Sequence record: OR352945.1
DNA: 64,000 nucleotides
Source: Escherichia phage AV115
Direction: 5' to 3' (one strand)
Below the pieces are notes generated by a model. That model made no database searches. It was not told the DNA's origin and saw only the letters and a program-made list of their open reading frames with translations. The translations under genes were made by a program, and so were the position numbers. Below are positions 1-10,947 of the stretch, piece after piece. Each line of letters starts with the position of its first letter. Within the stretch, counting starts at the first letter, position 1.

Positions 1-70
1 AACGAAAGGCCACCGGGCAAAATTACTTAATGCACATGACGGCCACTTAAAATTGCTTCTTATTTCTAAT

Positions 71-289
71 TCAGACATCTTTAACACTTATAATTTCAAT
101 ATCAGCCCAATGACCGTATCCAGGTATACGGTCTTCGATAGATAAATTTCCGTCATTTTTAGGCATTTTAATTGACGTAACGTATGGTTCTAGACGGTTT
201 TCTGCATAATACGGAAAAACGTCTGTTACACGATAAGTAACTTCGATCATTTCTGTACCCAACAATTTCTGAATTAATTTCTTTAACAT
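71..289 (-). CDS. hypothetical small early protein (72 aa)
   Basis: ORF in minus-strand early block; no recognisable motif. Confidence 0.4.
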   Translation of the reverse strand: MLKKLIQKLLGTEMIEVTYRVTDVFPYYAENRLEPYVTSIKMPKNDGNLSIEDRIPGYGHWADIEIISVKDV

Positions 290-290
290 A

Positions 291-485
291 TTATCCTCGC
301 TTTAAACATTTGATTACAGACAGTTCACCACCCATGCGAACGTCTTCAGTTCCATCGACCCATAGGACGGTGTAGGCTTCTTTAATAGTAGCATTACCTA
401 ATTTAAAAGCAGGTAAAACCTTTGAAATCATACCAGGAATACCTATACCTTTTAACTGGACAGTTTGTGATAAGAATAGTTGCAT
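291..485 (-). CDS. hypothetical protein (64 aa)
   Basis: ORF packed head-to-tail with neighbours. Confidence 0.35.
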   Translation of the reverse strand: MQLFLSQTVQLKGIGIPGMISKVLPAFKLGNATIKEAYTVLWVDGTEDVRMGGELSVIKCLKRG

Positions 486-772
486 TAGAACCTCATCTGA
501 AATCCGTGTGATTTAACATTACCGCCATAAATGTCAGAGGTATTGACTTCACGTGCGGCGCTAGGGTCGATGTTAATATCATGGTTGAGCTTAGTGATTG
601 CTAAGGTGTCACGACCGTTAACAGTACGGAATTCTACCGGGCACACATCATCAGCATAAGCCTTAATGGATTCATGAGTAGGTTGTTTGTCGACAGGAAC
701 GTCTTTACCTGCTTTAGAGAAAACAACTTCACAGAAATTTTTACGGGTATCAAAATAAGTGGTCATAAACAT
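485..772 (-). CDS. hypothetical protein (95 aa)
   Basis: ATG at 770-772 preceded by GAGGAAAA RBS. Confidence 0.5.
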   Translation of the reverse strand: MFMTTYFDTRKNFCEVVFSKAGKDVPVDKQPTHESIKAYADDVCPVEFRTVNGRDTLAITKLNHDINIDPSAAREVNTSDIYGGNVKSHGFQMRF

Positions 773-787
773 AATATTTTCCTCAAA

Positions 788-810
788 GGAGGCCGAAGCC
801 TCCTTTTTTA
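788..810. terminator. intergenic hairpin GGAGGC-CGAA-GCCTCC plus T-tract (possibly bidirectional)
   Basis: Perfect 6-bp stem, tetraloop, TTTTTT on plus side. Confidence 0.4.
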
Positions 811-813
811 AGA

Positions 814-1179
814 TTAGATATCGAATTCGTTAAGAACTACATCAAAGATTGCTTCGAGATGTTCAGGTTTAGCTCGGTTACTCAGGATATGACGAATCCA
901 AGTTTTAACCAGAAGTTTACGATTAACACCGTTCCAGCAAGGATGAGTACCTAAATCACGTTGACGGAAATCATCATCTAATGCAATTTTGAAGTTGGAA
1001 CCTTCCATCATGATTGAAACAGTAATGCCATTTTCAAATCGCATATAAACGTAATTAGGAGTCATATACTGCTCAATTTCACATACTGAACCATTTTTAT
1101 GCTTCCACAAGCAAACCATGTCGATAGAACCAGCGATACCGTTAGAAACATATTTACGTTCGAAGTTGATGTAGTTCAT
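814..1179 (-). CDS. hypothetical protein (121 aa)
   Basis: ORF downstream of early promoter at 1215-1250. Confidence 0.5.
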   Translation of the reverse strand: MNYINFERKYVSNGIAGSIDMVCLWKHKNGSVCEIEQYMTPNYVYMRFENGITVSIMMEGSNFKIALDDDFRQRDLGTHPCWNGVNRKLLVKTWIRHILSNRAKPEHLEAIFDVVLNEFDI

Positions 1180-1214
1180 TTTATTCTCCGGTTGTTTTAT
1201 TGATTAGGTGGTAC

Positions 1215-1250
1215 AAGTCTATAGTAACACATCCTACAGGAGAGTAAACA
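1215..1250 (-). promoter_or_regulatory. T4-type early promoter
   Basis: Minus strand GTTTAC, 17 nt, TGnTACTAT. Confidence 0.5.
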
Positions 1251-1285
1251 TCTTTTTAAACTTTTTCTGCCCTAAACGCACAAAA

Positions 1286-1303
1286 GGGAGACCGAAGTCT
1301 CCC
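1286..1303 (-). terminator. intrinsic terminator hairpin GGGAGAC-UUCG-GUCUCCC
   Basis: 7-bp GC-rich stem with UUCG loop then UUUUG on minus transcript. Confidence 0.6.
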
Positions 1304-1308
1304 TAAAA

Positions 1309-1488
1309 TTATGCAACAACCTTTCCAAAACGAGAAGCATCATCTCGAAGAACTGCACGTGCTCTGCGCATGATCTTCTCAACGGTTTGATTAATACGAG
1401 AGTTCGACCCACGCTTGTATCCAGCGCGTTTAGAGGTACCATCAACTTTCTTTTCAACTGCTTTCTTTGCTTTAGCTTGTTTTGCCAT
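1309..1488 (-). CDS. small lysine-rich basic protein (59 aa, MAKQAKAKKAVEKK...)
   Basis: ATG-initiated frame followed by terminator hairpin at 1286-1303; preferred over overlapping track ORF 1272-1457, which starts at TTG in another frame. Confidence 0.45.
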   Translation of the reverse strand: MAKQAKAKKAVEKKVDGTSKRAGYKRGSNSRINQTVEKIMRRARAVLRDDASRFGKVVA

Positions 1489-1651
1489 TATAAATTCTCT
1501 TTAAATGAAAATGCAGGACTTATTGACATTGCCTGCTCAAGCCCTCAATGGGAACATAGGTTTTGGATATTTAACGACAGGATAACCATAAACCCGTCAT
1601 CATACCTACCATGACTTACACAGCTAACCTTTTGCTGACGCATGATAGCAA

Positions 1652-1900
1652 TTATTTCAAAGTAATAACAAAATGACGTACTGCTTTACGAGCTGCAGAA
1701 GCCAAAGGCTTAGCATATTTCAGTTCATCTTTTGCTTCCAGTTCAGAAGCCAAAGCTGCCTGGACCGGGTTCAGATGTTTGAAATAACGAAGGATTTCAA
1801 GAGCTTCGGCTTCAACATCAATAGATGCGCCATAGTTTTCATGACCATTATTCCATGCGTTTCGTTGCAGTTCAAGAGCGTGTTGTAATTGTTTAATCAT
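1652..1900 (-). CDS. rIII: lysis inhibition accessory protein rIII (82 aa)
   Basis: Length and sequence match recalled T4 rIII; sits next to gene 31. Confidence 0.75.
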   Translation of the reverse strand: MIKQLQHALELQRNAWNNGHENYGASIDVEAEALEILRYFKHLNPVQAALASELEAKDELKYAKPLASAARKAVRHFVITLK

Positions 1901-2024
1901 TTTAAATTCTCAATTCGAGATAATATTTAGTAGCCACGTTCGTCTGAATTTCACCTTCTTTCGACAAGTCTCTCAGTTGTAGGCTACCGCTTAGAAGAGT
2001 GTTCTCTTCATATAGTTATTTATA

Positions 2025-2357
2025 TCACTTATAAAGACACGGAATAGCTTTATAGTGGCATGTTACGAATTTCTGTTTAATTTCTTTAGGTTGTTTAAGT
2101 CCCAAAGCCACAAATGGATGTGGAACATTTCGAATTTGTCCAACTGGTAGTGGAGTCAAATCACCGACTTCAACAAAACCTTCAGGAACATCAGGACCTA
2201 CAGAATGAACTACACATAGTTCAGGAACTTCACCTTGAACACGTTTACCAATCACAAGTCCTGATTCGGTAACTTCTTCATCACCTGCTTGAGCGGGTTC
2301 AGAAACCAGAATGACATATTCACCAACAGCACGAATTGGGAGTTGTACTTCAGACAT
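2025..2357 (-). CDS. 31: co-chaperonin gp31 (GroES analogue for capsid folding)
   Basis: 110 aa, near-identical to recalled T4 gp31 (MSEVQ...[22 protein letters not shown]...). Confidence 0.9.
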   Translation of the reverse strand: MSEVQLPIRAVGEYVILVSEPAQAGDEEVTESGLVIGKRVQGEVPELCVVHSVGPDVPEGFVEVGDLTPLPVGQIRNVPHPFVALGLKQPKEIKQKFVTCHYKAIPCLYK

Positions 2358-2414
2358 CTTATTTCCTTGTTGTTTGACGATAGATTAATAATACCATACT
2401 ATTCGTAAAGCATA

Positions 2415-2723
2415 TTACATAAGAAGCAAACGTTCTACCGGAGTACCATCAACCGAAATTACTTTATCAAGGCGGAAAGAACGCCACTGACCTAACTCGG
2501 TATCGAATGCTCGAACTGATTCACGAGGTTCAGAACGAACTTCTGTTGATGGGTTACTATTTTCATATTTGACTTCAAGTTCGTCGCGGGAAGCAAACAT
2601 CGTACGAACATCACCGTTAGCCTTTTCAAATACAACACAATGAACGCCTACAGACAGAATAGTTTTAATACGTTCACGAAGAACCATAGTTTCTTGTTCA
2701 GTTAAAATCATATTATTCACCAC
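2415..2723 (-). CDS. hypothetical protein (102 aa)
   Basis: ORF between cd and gene 31. Confidence 0.45.
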   Translation of the reverse strand: MVNNMILTEQETMVLRERIKTILSVGVHCVVFEKANGDVRTMFASRDELEVKYENSNPSTEVRSEPRESVRAFDTELGQWRSFRLDKVISVDGTPVERLLLM

Positions 2724-3294
2724 AAAAGTTTCGAATTTGTTCCCAATTCAGAGAACGAAGATTATTACGAGAGTACTGAATTACTTCAATACCGGCTTTT
2801 TTTAGAATGTCTGCCCAATTTTCAGGAGATCGGTCATATAATTCTGCATATACAACCTTTTTAATACCTGACTGTGTAATAGCTTTAGTGCAATCAGGAC
2901 ATGGAGAAAGCGTCGTATACAACGTAGCACCTTCAATAGAATTACCTTTACGAGCTGCAAACAAAATTGCATTCAATTCCGCATGGATTTCGTTATTAGC
3001 AGACCATGCACTATGAGCGGCCCGATGTTCTTTAGCCAAAACAAAATTATCCACCCGTCCAAATGCTGTAGTGCCTTCTTTATGCCCAGCAACGATGACC
3101 GGGCTTGGTTTATTCTTCAACCAACCATTTTCGGATGCATGTTCGCAACAGTTTGTACCACCTGAAGGAGAGCCATTATAACCTGTAGAAATAATGCGTC
3201 CATCTTTTTCAATGACGGCGCCAACTTTCCATGAACAACATTTTGATTCTTGAGAAATCAGATAAGCAATCTGAAGATATGTGCTAGCTTTCAT
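2713..3294 (-). CDS. cd: dCMP deaminase
   Basis: 193 aa; cytidine/deoxycytidylate deaminase zinc motifs (CEHA...SPCPDC); T4 cd length. Confidence 0.9.
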   Translation of the reverse strand: MKASTYLQIAYLISQESKCCSWKVGAVIEKDGRIISTGYNGSPSGGTNCCEHASENGWLKNKPSPVIVAGHKEGTTAFGRVDNFVLAKEHRAAHSAWSANNEIHAELNAILFAARKGNSIEGATLYTTLSPCPDCTKAITQSGIKKVVYAELYDRSPENWADILKKAGIEVIQYSRNNLRSLNWEQIRNFCGE

Positions 3295-4286
3295 TATTGA
3301 ACCTTATTAATATAAGTTAACAGCTCTTTAGTTTGTTCCCAACTGATGCACGCATCGGTAATGGAAACGCCATAGGACATATTATCAGAAATTTTTTGAT
3401 TTCCTTCATGTAGGAATGATTCTATCATAATTCCTTTGACCAAATCATTAGCTGCTAAATTTTTACCAATACCAATTTGATTGCTATAATGCCCATCAGC
3501 GTTTGCATGGCTACAGTCAACCATTACATAATGATTCAGACCTACTGCCCTTGCTTTGTTAGAAGCTTCTTGAATATCAGAAGAATGATAGTTCGGGCCG
3601 TTGGTCCCGCCACGCAATACGATATGCGTATTCTGATTACCTTCAGCTTCAACAATGCCTACAGTACCATCGACGTCCATACCCATATACCGATGAGGCC
3701 AGGCGGCACTATACATCGCGTCTGTAGCTACTTTAATAGAACCATTGGTTGCGTTCTTGAAGCCTACGCACATCGGTAGACCTGAAGCAATTTCACGATG
3801 TGTCTGACTTTCAGTCGTACGGGCGCCAATAGCAACCCATGAGAAAATACCAGAAAGATACTTAATCGTGAATGGGTCTAATACTTCAGTTGCTAATGGA
3901 AGTCCCATACGTAGAAGTTTACGACACAATGTTCGTGCAACTATAAGACCGTGGTTCATATCAAAACTTCCGTCAAGATATGGATCATTTACAAGACCTT
4001 TCCAACCTACGGTAGTTCGAGGCTTTTCAAAATAAACGCGCATCACTAACAGAACATTAGGAAGACGAGTTTGAAGTTCAGCCAGACGTTTGCCGTATTC
4101 AACAGCAGCAATAGGGTCATGAATTGAACAAGGACCTACAACAATAAGTTTGCGTGGGTCTTCACCGTTCATAATCGAATTAACTTGTTCGCGATGAGAA
4201 GCCACTTGTGATGCGTAAGCTTCCGACAAAGGAATAATCTCAGCCAGTTCTTTTGGAGAAATAAGTTTTCCGACGACAGGTAACAT
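3294..4286 (-). CDS. 3-deoxy-7-phosphoheptulonate (DAHP) synthase, class I AroF/AroG/AroH-like
   Basis: 330 aa with blocks GPCSIHD, MRVYFEKPRTTVGWKGL, AIGARTTESQTHRE, VGFKN, DCSHAN, ITDACISWE that I recognise from E. coli DAHP synthases; ATG at 4284-4286 with TAAGGA RBS. Confidence 0.85.
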   Translation of the reverse strand: MLPVVGKLISPKELAEIIPLSEAYASQVASHREQVNSIMNGEDPRKLIVVGPCSIHDPIAAVEYGKRLAELQTRLPNVLLVMRVYFEKPRTTVGWKGLVNDPYLDGSFDMNHGLIVARTLCRKLLRMGLPLATEVLDPFTIKYLSGIFSWVAIGARTTESQTHREIASGLPMCVGFKNATNGSIKVATDAMYSAAWPHRYMGMDVDGTVGIVEAEGNQNTHIVLRGGTNGPNYHSSDIQEASNKARAVGLNHYVMVDCSHANADGHYSNQIGIGKNLAANDLVKGIMIESFLHEGNQKISDNMSYGVSITDACISWEQTKELLTYINKVQ

Positions 4287-4406
4287 AACAATCCTTAGGA
4301 GATATAAACAGATTCTGATTCAACAATACCTTTAACCGGATTAGACAGGCTAAGTTGGTAGTGCTCAGATTTATGACCATTCTCGATAGTAATGAGATAG
4401 CTCTCA

Positions 4407-4643
4407 TTATAGTGTTCCATATACTCGAGTTGCTTCAACAAGACCATCACTGCCTAATTTAAGATTAGTAATTTGGTCACCATCTTTAGGATTAACGATT
4501 ATGAGAAAAGAACGTGGAGATTCTTGAATAACTCGTAATGTTGCATCTTGGAAACGTTCAGACACTTTATTGATGAGTGCTTGAGCAAATTCTTTTACTT
4601 TAATCTGAAATTCGTGTACTGTAATTGGGTTTTCACTTAGCAT
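4407..4643 (-). CDS. hypothetical protein (78 aa)
   Basis: ORF only. Confidence 0.4.
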   Translation of the reverse strand: MLSENPITVHEFQIKVKEFAQALINKVSERFQDATLRVIQESPRSFLIIVNPKDGDQITNLKLGSDGLVEATRVYGTL

Positions 4644-4703
4644 TTCTATTTCCTCATTTGTTGGTAGAGTTATAGTATCACAACTCCACCATGTTGTAAA
4701 CCA

Positions 4704-4979
4704 TTAAATTGCTTTGCATTCAATTTTTTGTGTACCGAAATTGATATCACATTGGATAACTAAATCGCCGTCAAGATCAAATACCACTATGACGTGTGCA
4801 GACCCAGGGAGAAGAGTAATAGCAATAGAATCTACTTGGTCTGGGAGCAAAGCATTGAGTACATGAGTTAGTTGAGCATGAACTCTGAGTTCGGCTGCAA
4901 TATCAAGCACTTCAAACATATTATTAGCAATAATCTGACTGAAGACTACCTTTACAATTTCAGAATATTTAGGGAACAT
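4704..4979 (-). CDS. hypothetical protein (91 aa)
   Basis: ORF only. Confidence 0.4.
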   Translation of the reverse strand: MFPKYSEIVKVVFSQIIANNMFEVLDIAAELRVHAQLTHVLNALLPDQVDSIAITLLPGSAHVIVVFDLDGDLVIQCDINFGTQKIECKAI

Positions 4980-4986
4980 AATTACC

Positions 4987-5211
4987 TCAGTGCACAGTAT
5001 TTACTTTAACTCGAACAACAAATCGCTCGGTTGGTTCACCGACGGGAACAAACTCTACATGATATTCACCTTTGTAACGAGTATTCAGATCATTACGAAT
5101 TCCTGCGAGTTTGTTGATTAATGTAGGACTCATATTAAGTCCCACTAGTTTACGAAGCATTTTGTATGCTTCATCTTCGATTTCATGATGTTTATCGTAC
5201 ATAGTTTTCAT
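4987..5211 (-). CDS. hypothetical protein (74 aa)
   Basis: ORF only. Confidence 0.4.
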   Translation of the reverse strand: MKTMYDKHHEIEDEAYKMLRKLVGLNMSPTLINKLAGIRNDLNTRYKGEYHVEFVPVGEPTERFVVRVKVNTVH

Positions 5212-5382
5212 TTAACCATTCAATTGCCTGGTCGACGTTATCAAATATACCGCCGTCCAAACGTTCTTCACGCTCATAGTCCATCACATCAATACCGAAC
5301 TGTCCATTTACTAAAGGCCAGGCTACAAACAAATATTCTTTATGATGTTCGATGGCCTCAATCACTTCATATAATCGTTTCA

Positions 5383-5383
<1 letters not shown>
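5192..5383 (-). CDS. hypothetical protein (63 aa)
   Basis: ORF abutting pseT. Confidence 0.4.
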
Positions 5384-6469
<1,086 letters not shown>

Positions 6470-6470
<1 letters not shown>

Positions 6471-6769
6471 TATTTTATTCCTAAGAAAGTTTCAAGAATA
6501 CGAATGTTATGCTCGCGCCGGTCTTTATTAATTTCAGCAACGTTTTTATTGATTGACGTACTTCTAACGTTTGAAGAAATAAATTTAATCATATGACTTT
6601 TGAGTTGTTGCAAATCCAACCCTTTTTCTTTAGCAGCTTTACGAAGAGCTTTACCTGCTTCATCTAGTGCCTTTGCTGCATCTTTGTCATAATCGACAAG
6701 TGACATTCCACGGCAGATATCAATATACTCATCAGACCGTTTGATGTAATTCTCTAGTAATGTTTTCAT
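6470..6769 (-). CDS. hypothetical protein (99 aa)
   Basis: ORF downstream of early promoter at 6795-6828. Confidence 0.45.
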
Positions 6770-6794
6770 TTAGATTTCCTCAATTATCCATAGG

Positions 6795-6828
6795 AGCATT
6801 ATACTCTGCTCCCGAGAGTTTGTAAACT
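6795..6828 (-). promoter_or_regulatory. T4-type early promoter
   Basis: Minus strand GTTTAC, 18 nt, TATAAT. Confidence 0.55.
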
Positions 6829-7051
6829 ATTTTACTAAAGATTCAATATACTCATGAAGAGCTTTAGTAGCTACTGCCCACTTATTCTGATATTCATTTT
6901 TCAGATTAGCACGAGACTGAACTAACAAGCGGTCATTAGTCGGAGGCAAAGATTCTAATCGTTGAATCTGGCGCCCATAAATCATAGCCGCCATTTCAGA
7001 TTCATAGATAAGCCCTTTAATGTATTCATGCTGTTCTTTAGTCATTGGCAT
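6827..7051 (-). CDS. hypothetical protein (74 aa)
   Basis: ORF only. Confidence 0.4.
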   Translation of the reverse strand: MPMTKEQHEYIKGLIYESEMAAMIYGRQIQRLESLPPTNDRLLVQSRANLKNEYQNKWAVATKALHEYIESLVK

Positions 7052-7332
7052 TTTTCCTCTTTTAAACCACTACGATAATAACATAACATAGTCTTCTGGT
7101 CATGTACATATCTTTTTATGTCGTTTAACCAGATACGAAATTCTTGAGAGTCTTCAAATGGCATTCCAACCCATGGATTACCATCAATAACCTTTACTTG
7201 CCATTTCTGGTTATATTCAGCAATAGATTCAGGCCATGGCGGATGTAAAGTTTCTTTAGGGCTTAAGGGCACATCCTGGGCACATCCAGCCAAAATGCCA
7301 ATAGATAATACAACTGCGGTTAATTTAATCAT
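7042..7332 (-). CDS. putative lipoprotein (96 aa)
   Basis: N-terminal signal with lipobox-like LAGC (MIKLTAVVLSIGILAGCAQ). Confidence 0.5.
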   Translation of the reverse strand: MIKLTAVVLSIGILAGCAQDVPLSPKETLHPPWPESIAEYNQKWQVKVIDGNPWVGMPFEDSQEFRIWLNDIKRYVHDQKTMLCYYRSGLKEEKCQ

Positions 7333-7685
7333 TCTGAGAGCTTCCTGAGGTCTTCTGCAAAGGAATCGAAGGACCTGTTGATTTGTTTTTCGACCAATCC
7401 TGGCTTACTTGCCACCACGTTCTTCTTCTTCGAATCCTGACGGAGCTTTTCATTTTCGGCCTTAAGTTGGTCAACTAAAACACGGTTCTTATAAGTCATT
7501 TCTTCGATTGACTGATATTGAACCTTGAAGTCGTCTAATACTTTAGCATTGTTTTTAGCGGTCTCTTTGACAGAAGCTAATTCAGTATTCAACGAATCAA
7601 CTTTGTTGTTTAAGACCACTATTGTTACCGTAGAAACTAGAGCAAAAGCTGCTACTATAGCATAAATCGGATTTACTTTAAGCAT
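7329..7685 (-). CDS. hypothetical membrane-anchored coiled-coil protein (118 aa)
   Basis: N-terminal hydrophobic segment then charged helical region. Confidence 0.45.
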   Translation of the reverse strand: MLKVNPIYAIVAAFALVSTVTIVVLNNKVDSLNTELASVKETAKNNAKVLDDFKVQYQSIEEMTYKNRVLVDQLKAENEKLRQDSKKKNVVASKPGLVEKQINRSFDSFAEDLRKLSE

Positions 7686-8173
7686 GTTTTAATAATCTCA
7701 ATGATTTCATCTCGGGATAAACCATTAATAAGAACGGTTTTCAAACCATCACACTGGACTTTGTATGATTCAAACAATACACACAACTCTTCTGCTGTAT
7801 GATATGGACTTGAAATTCCAAGGCGGTTGAATTTGTCGGTAAGAGGGTCGCAAATGATGTAGAATTTTATACCTGCGATATGTACGTTTGGTTGACTAAT
7901 ATTAATGAACACATTAGCGTCGTATTTAGTCAAATTGTTTTGAAGAAATTCTACCATGGCATTAACTGCTTCCGGCATCGCTTCGCGTTTCTCTTCAGCG
8001 TATCGGGTGGAATACTCTTTTTGTTTTACTTTCTTTTTAAGATTTTTGGCCAGTGTAACACGTAGGTCAGTAAGATAACCAACTGGACGTCCTTTCTTAA
8101 AGACCCGGATTCCGTCAGTTGTATCTCCAAAAGCGGTTACGACCATATCGTTAGTAATCAATTGCATATTCAT
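7673..8173 (-). CDS. hypothetical protein (166 aa); positional candidate for alc
   Basis: Start moved to ATG 8171-8173 with GAGGAG RBS and early promoter at 8200-8234; identity to alc not verified. Confidence 0.45.
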   Translation of the reverse strand: MNMQLITNDMVVTAFGDTTDGIRVFKKGRPVGYLTDLRVTLAKNLKKKVKQKEYSTRYAEEKREAMPEAVNAMVEFLQNNLTKYDANVFINISQPNVHIAGIKFYIICDPLTDKFNRLGISSPYHTAEELCVLFESYKVQCDGLKTVLINGLSRDEIIEIIKTCLK

Positions 8174-8199
8174 AATTTTCTCCTCTGGTTGTTGATAAA

Positions 8200-8234
8200 A
8201 GCCATAGTAACACCTTCCTTGGTGTTTGTAAACC
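8200..8234 (-). promoter_or_regulatory. T4-type early promoter
   Basis: Minus strand GTTTAC, 17-18 nt, TACTAT. Confidence 0.5.
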
Positions 8235-8235
8235 A

Positions 8236-9369
<1,134 letters not shown>

Positions 9370-9384
9370 TCAGTTAGTTTTTTT

Positions 9385-9417
9385 AAATTGTACCACAATC
9401 CTTGTGGTGTGTAAACT
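9385..9417 (-). promoter_or_regulatory. T4-type early promoter upstream of gene 63
   Basis: Minus strand GTTTAC, 18 nt, TACAAT. Confidence 0.5.
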
Positions 9418-9826
9418 ACTTTTTCTTATGTTGGATATTCCAAGGCGGGTTGAACTTTTTGATAAAAAGTGGTTCTTCAAGGTCCATTGTTGCGATGGTC
9501 ATTGAACCAAGTTCGTTGGTGACTGAAAGGTCAAAACATTGGCGGGCCCAGAATTCAACCTTTTTGCCTTGCATTAAGGCATCCAAAATCATAAGTGATT
9601 TTCTTGAATCTGAAGTCTGGTCTTTTCGATTTATGGCTGTTCGATAATAGTTAATGCGTTTCTTTAAATTCTTGGTTTTACCAATATACACAAGTTCGTC
9701 ATCTATAGCAATAGCATATATAACATTTTTCTTATTAGGGGCATCAATGGTTTTAATTGTTGCATCTTCTAATAGCTCCAATTCTATATATTTAATAAAG
9801 GAATATTCGGCGGCAATATCTTTCAT
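9416..9826 (-). CDS. denA: endonuclease II (GIY-YIG family)
   Basis: 136 aa with GIY-YIG-like VYIGKTKNLKKRINYY; position between gene 63 and nrdB. Confidence 0.85.
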   Translation of the reverse strand: MKDIAAEYSFIKYIELELLEDATIKTIDAPNKKNVIYAIAIDDELVYIGKTKNLKKRINYYRTAINRKDQTSDSRKSLMILDALMQGKKVEFWARQCFDLSVTNELGSMTIATMDLEEPLFIKKFNPPWNIQHKKK

Positions 9827-9834
9827 AATAAAGT

Positions 9835-9848
9835 GGGACCGAAGTCCC
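9835..9848 (-). terminator. intergenic UUCG hairpin between nrdB and denA
   Basis: GGGAC-UUCG-GUCCC on minus transcript; weak U-tract, may be stability element. Confidence 0.35.
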
Positions 9849-9852
9849 GTCC

Positions 9853-10355
9853 TTAGAAATATTTTTTGTATGAATTGATTACATTTTGGTCTACATCATT
9901 ATCAATTTGTGCGACAAGATAAGAACTGATTTCAACTTCCTGAGGAGCTGCTTGAACTAAATCAGAGTTCAGATATTCACGAATCCAAGGATAAGGATGT
10001 TTGGTCGGAGCATCAGTAATTGGACACGGCAAACCACACTGTTTCATACGAGACACAGTCAAGTAATCAACAAAAGCACACATACTCTGTGTATTGATAC
10101 CTGGACATGTACCGTCTTTAAAGAGGTGTGCAGCCCATTCCTTCTCTTGACTATTTACTTCCATAAAAATGTCAACTGCTTCTTGTTCACATTCTTTAGC
10201 AATTTGAACCCACTCATCACCATCAGTACCGGATTGAAGTTGACGGATAATGTACTGAGTACCCTTGAGATGGAGTTGTTCGTCACGAGCAATGAACTTC
10301 ATAATCTTTGCATTGCCTTCCATAATTTCCATATTCTTATGGAAATTAAATGTAC
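9853..10355 (-). CDS. nrdB: ribonucleotide reductase small subunit NrdB, exon 2
   Basis: C-terminal R2 sequence (FNFHKNMEIMEGNAK...); joins exon 1 to give conserved Cys codon TGT. Confidence 0.85.
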
Positions 10356-10947
10356 CGTTATGTTCGATTGAGCTCGCTAATTCTCAACCCGTTCTCTTAT
10401 GAACTGCTGCATATTACTATGCAGACCAGACTATATCACAATCCCGGAGGGATTCTCCCCATTTCGAGTCGCTTGACCCTACGTCCGAAGACTAGTCGTT
10501 GAACCTTGCTTTGCAATTGTCGCCGTGCCATCGTTTATATGTCGATGGTGATAAATCTTTCTTTTCACAATATGGACAATTCAATTGAATTCTATTTGGA
10601 TTTAATTTGCATCTGTCATTATGTTTTAGATAAAACCCAGGACCTTTACCAATGTGACCGCAGAAATCACATGTGATTTCTTTTTGTGCAGGATGGGTTC
10701 CGTTCTTAACCATTTCTAATGTTTTTGCTGATGTTCTTCCATCAGAATCTTTAGGTATAGGCCCGTTAGCATCCATCCAAATTTTTCTATAATTCAATTG
10801 TGCATCCTCTTAAAAGTATAATCATATTTATTTTATAATATACTAATTAAAGGTGCAAGCAAAACCTTGGCTGCTAGTTTTCCTATAAAGGACTTTCCAG
10901 CAATTAAAGGAGTTTTCGATAAACGTTACCGTTTAAAGGCGCATTTT
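10356..10947 (-). mobile_element. group I intron in nrdB (about 592 nt; boundaries approximate)
   Basis: Interrupts conserved R2 sequence; 3-prime end GAACATAACG and core blocks shared with td intron. Confidence 0.8.
10492..10797 (-). CDS. intron-encoded HNH/zinc-finger endonuclease remnant (I-TevIII-like, 101 aa)
   Basis: ORF inside nrdB intron with CxxC...H...C and CxxC...HGDNC motifs; short, so probably truncated. Confidence 0.6.
   Translation of the reverse strand: MNYRKIWMDANGPIPKDSDGRTSAKTLEMVKNGTHPAQKEITCDFCGHIGKGPGFYLKHNDRCKLNPNRIQLNCPYCEKKDLSPSTYKRWHGDNCKARFND

Noticed and set aside
1272-1457. Track ORF of 61 aa beginning MKRKLMVP
   Set aside because: Starts at TTG in a different frame; the overlapping ATG-initiated frame 1309-1488 followed by a terminator hairpin is more plausible.
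2807-3779. Plus-strand ORFs 2807-3016, 2983-3165 and 3477-3779
   Set aside because: Antisense to cd and the DAHP synthase gene, both of which have strong protein-level support.
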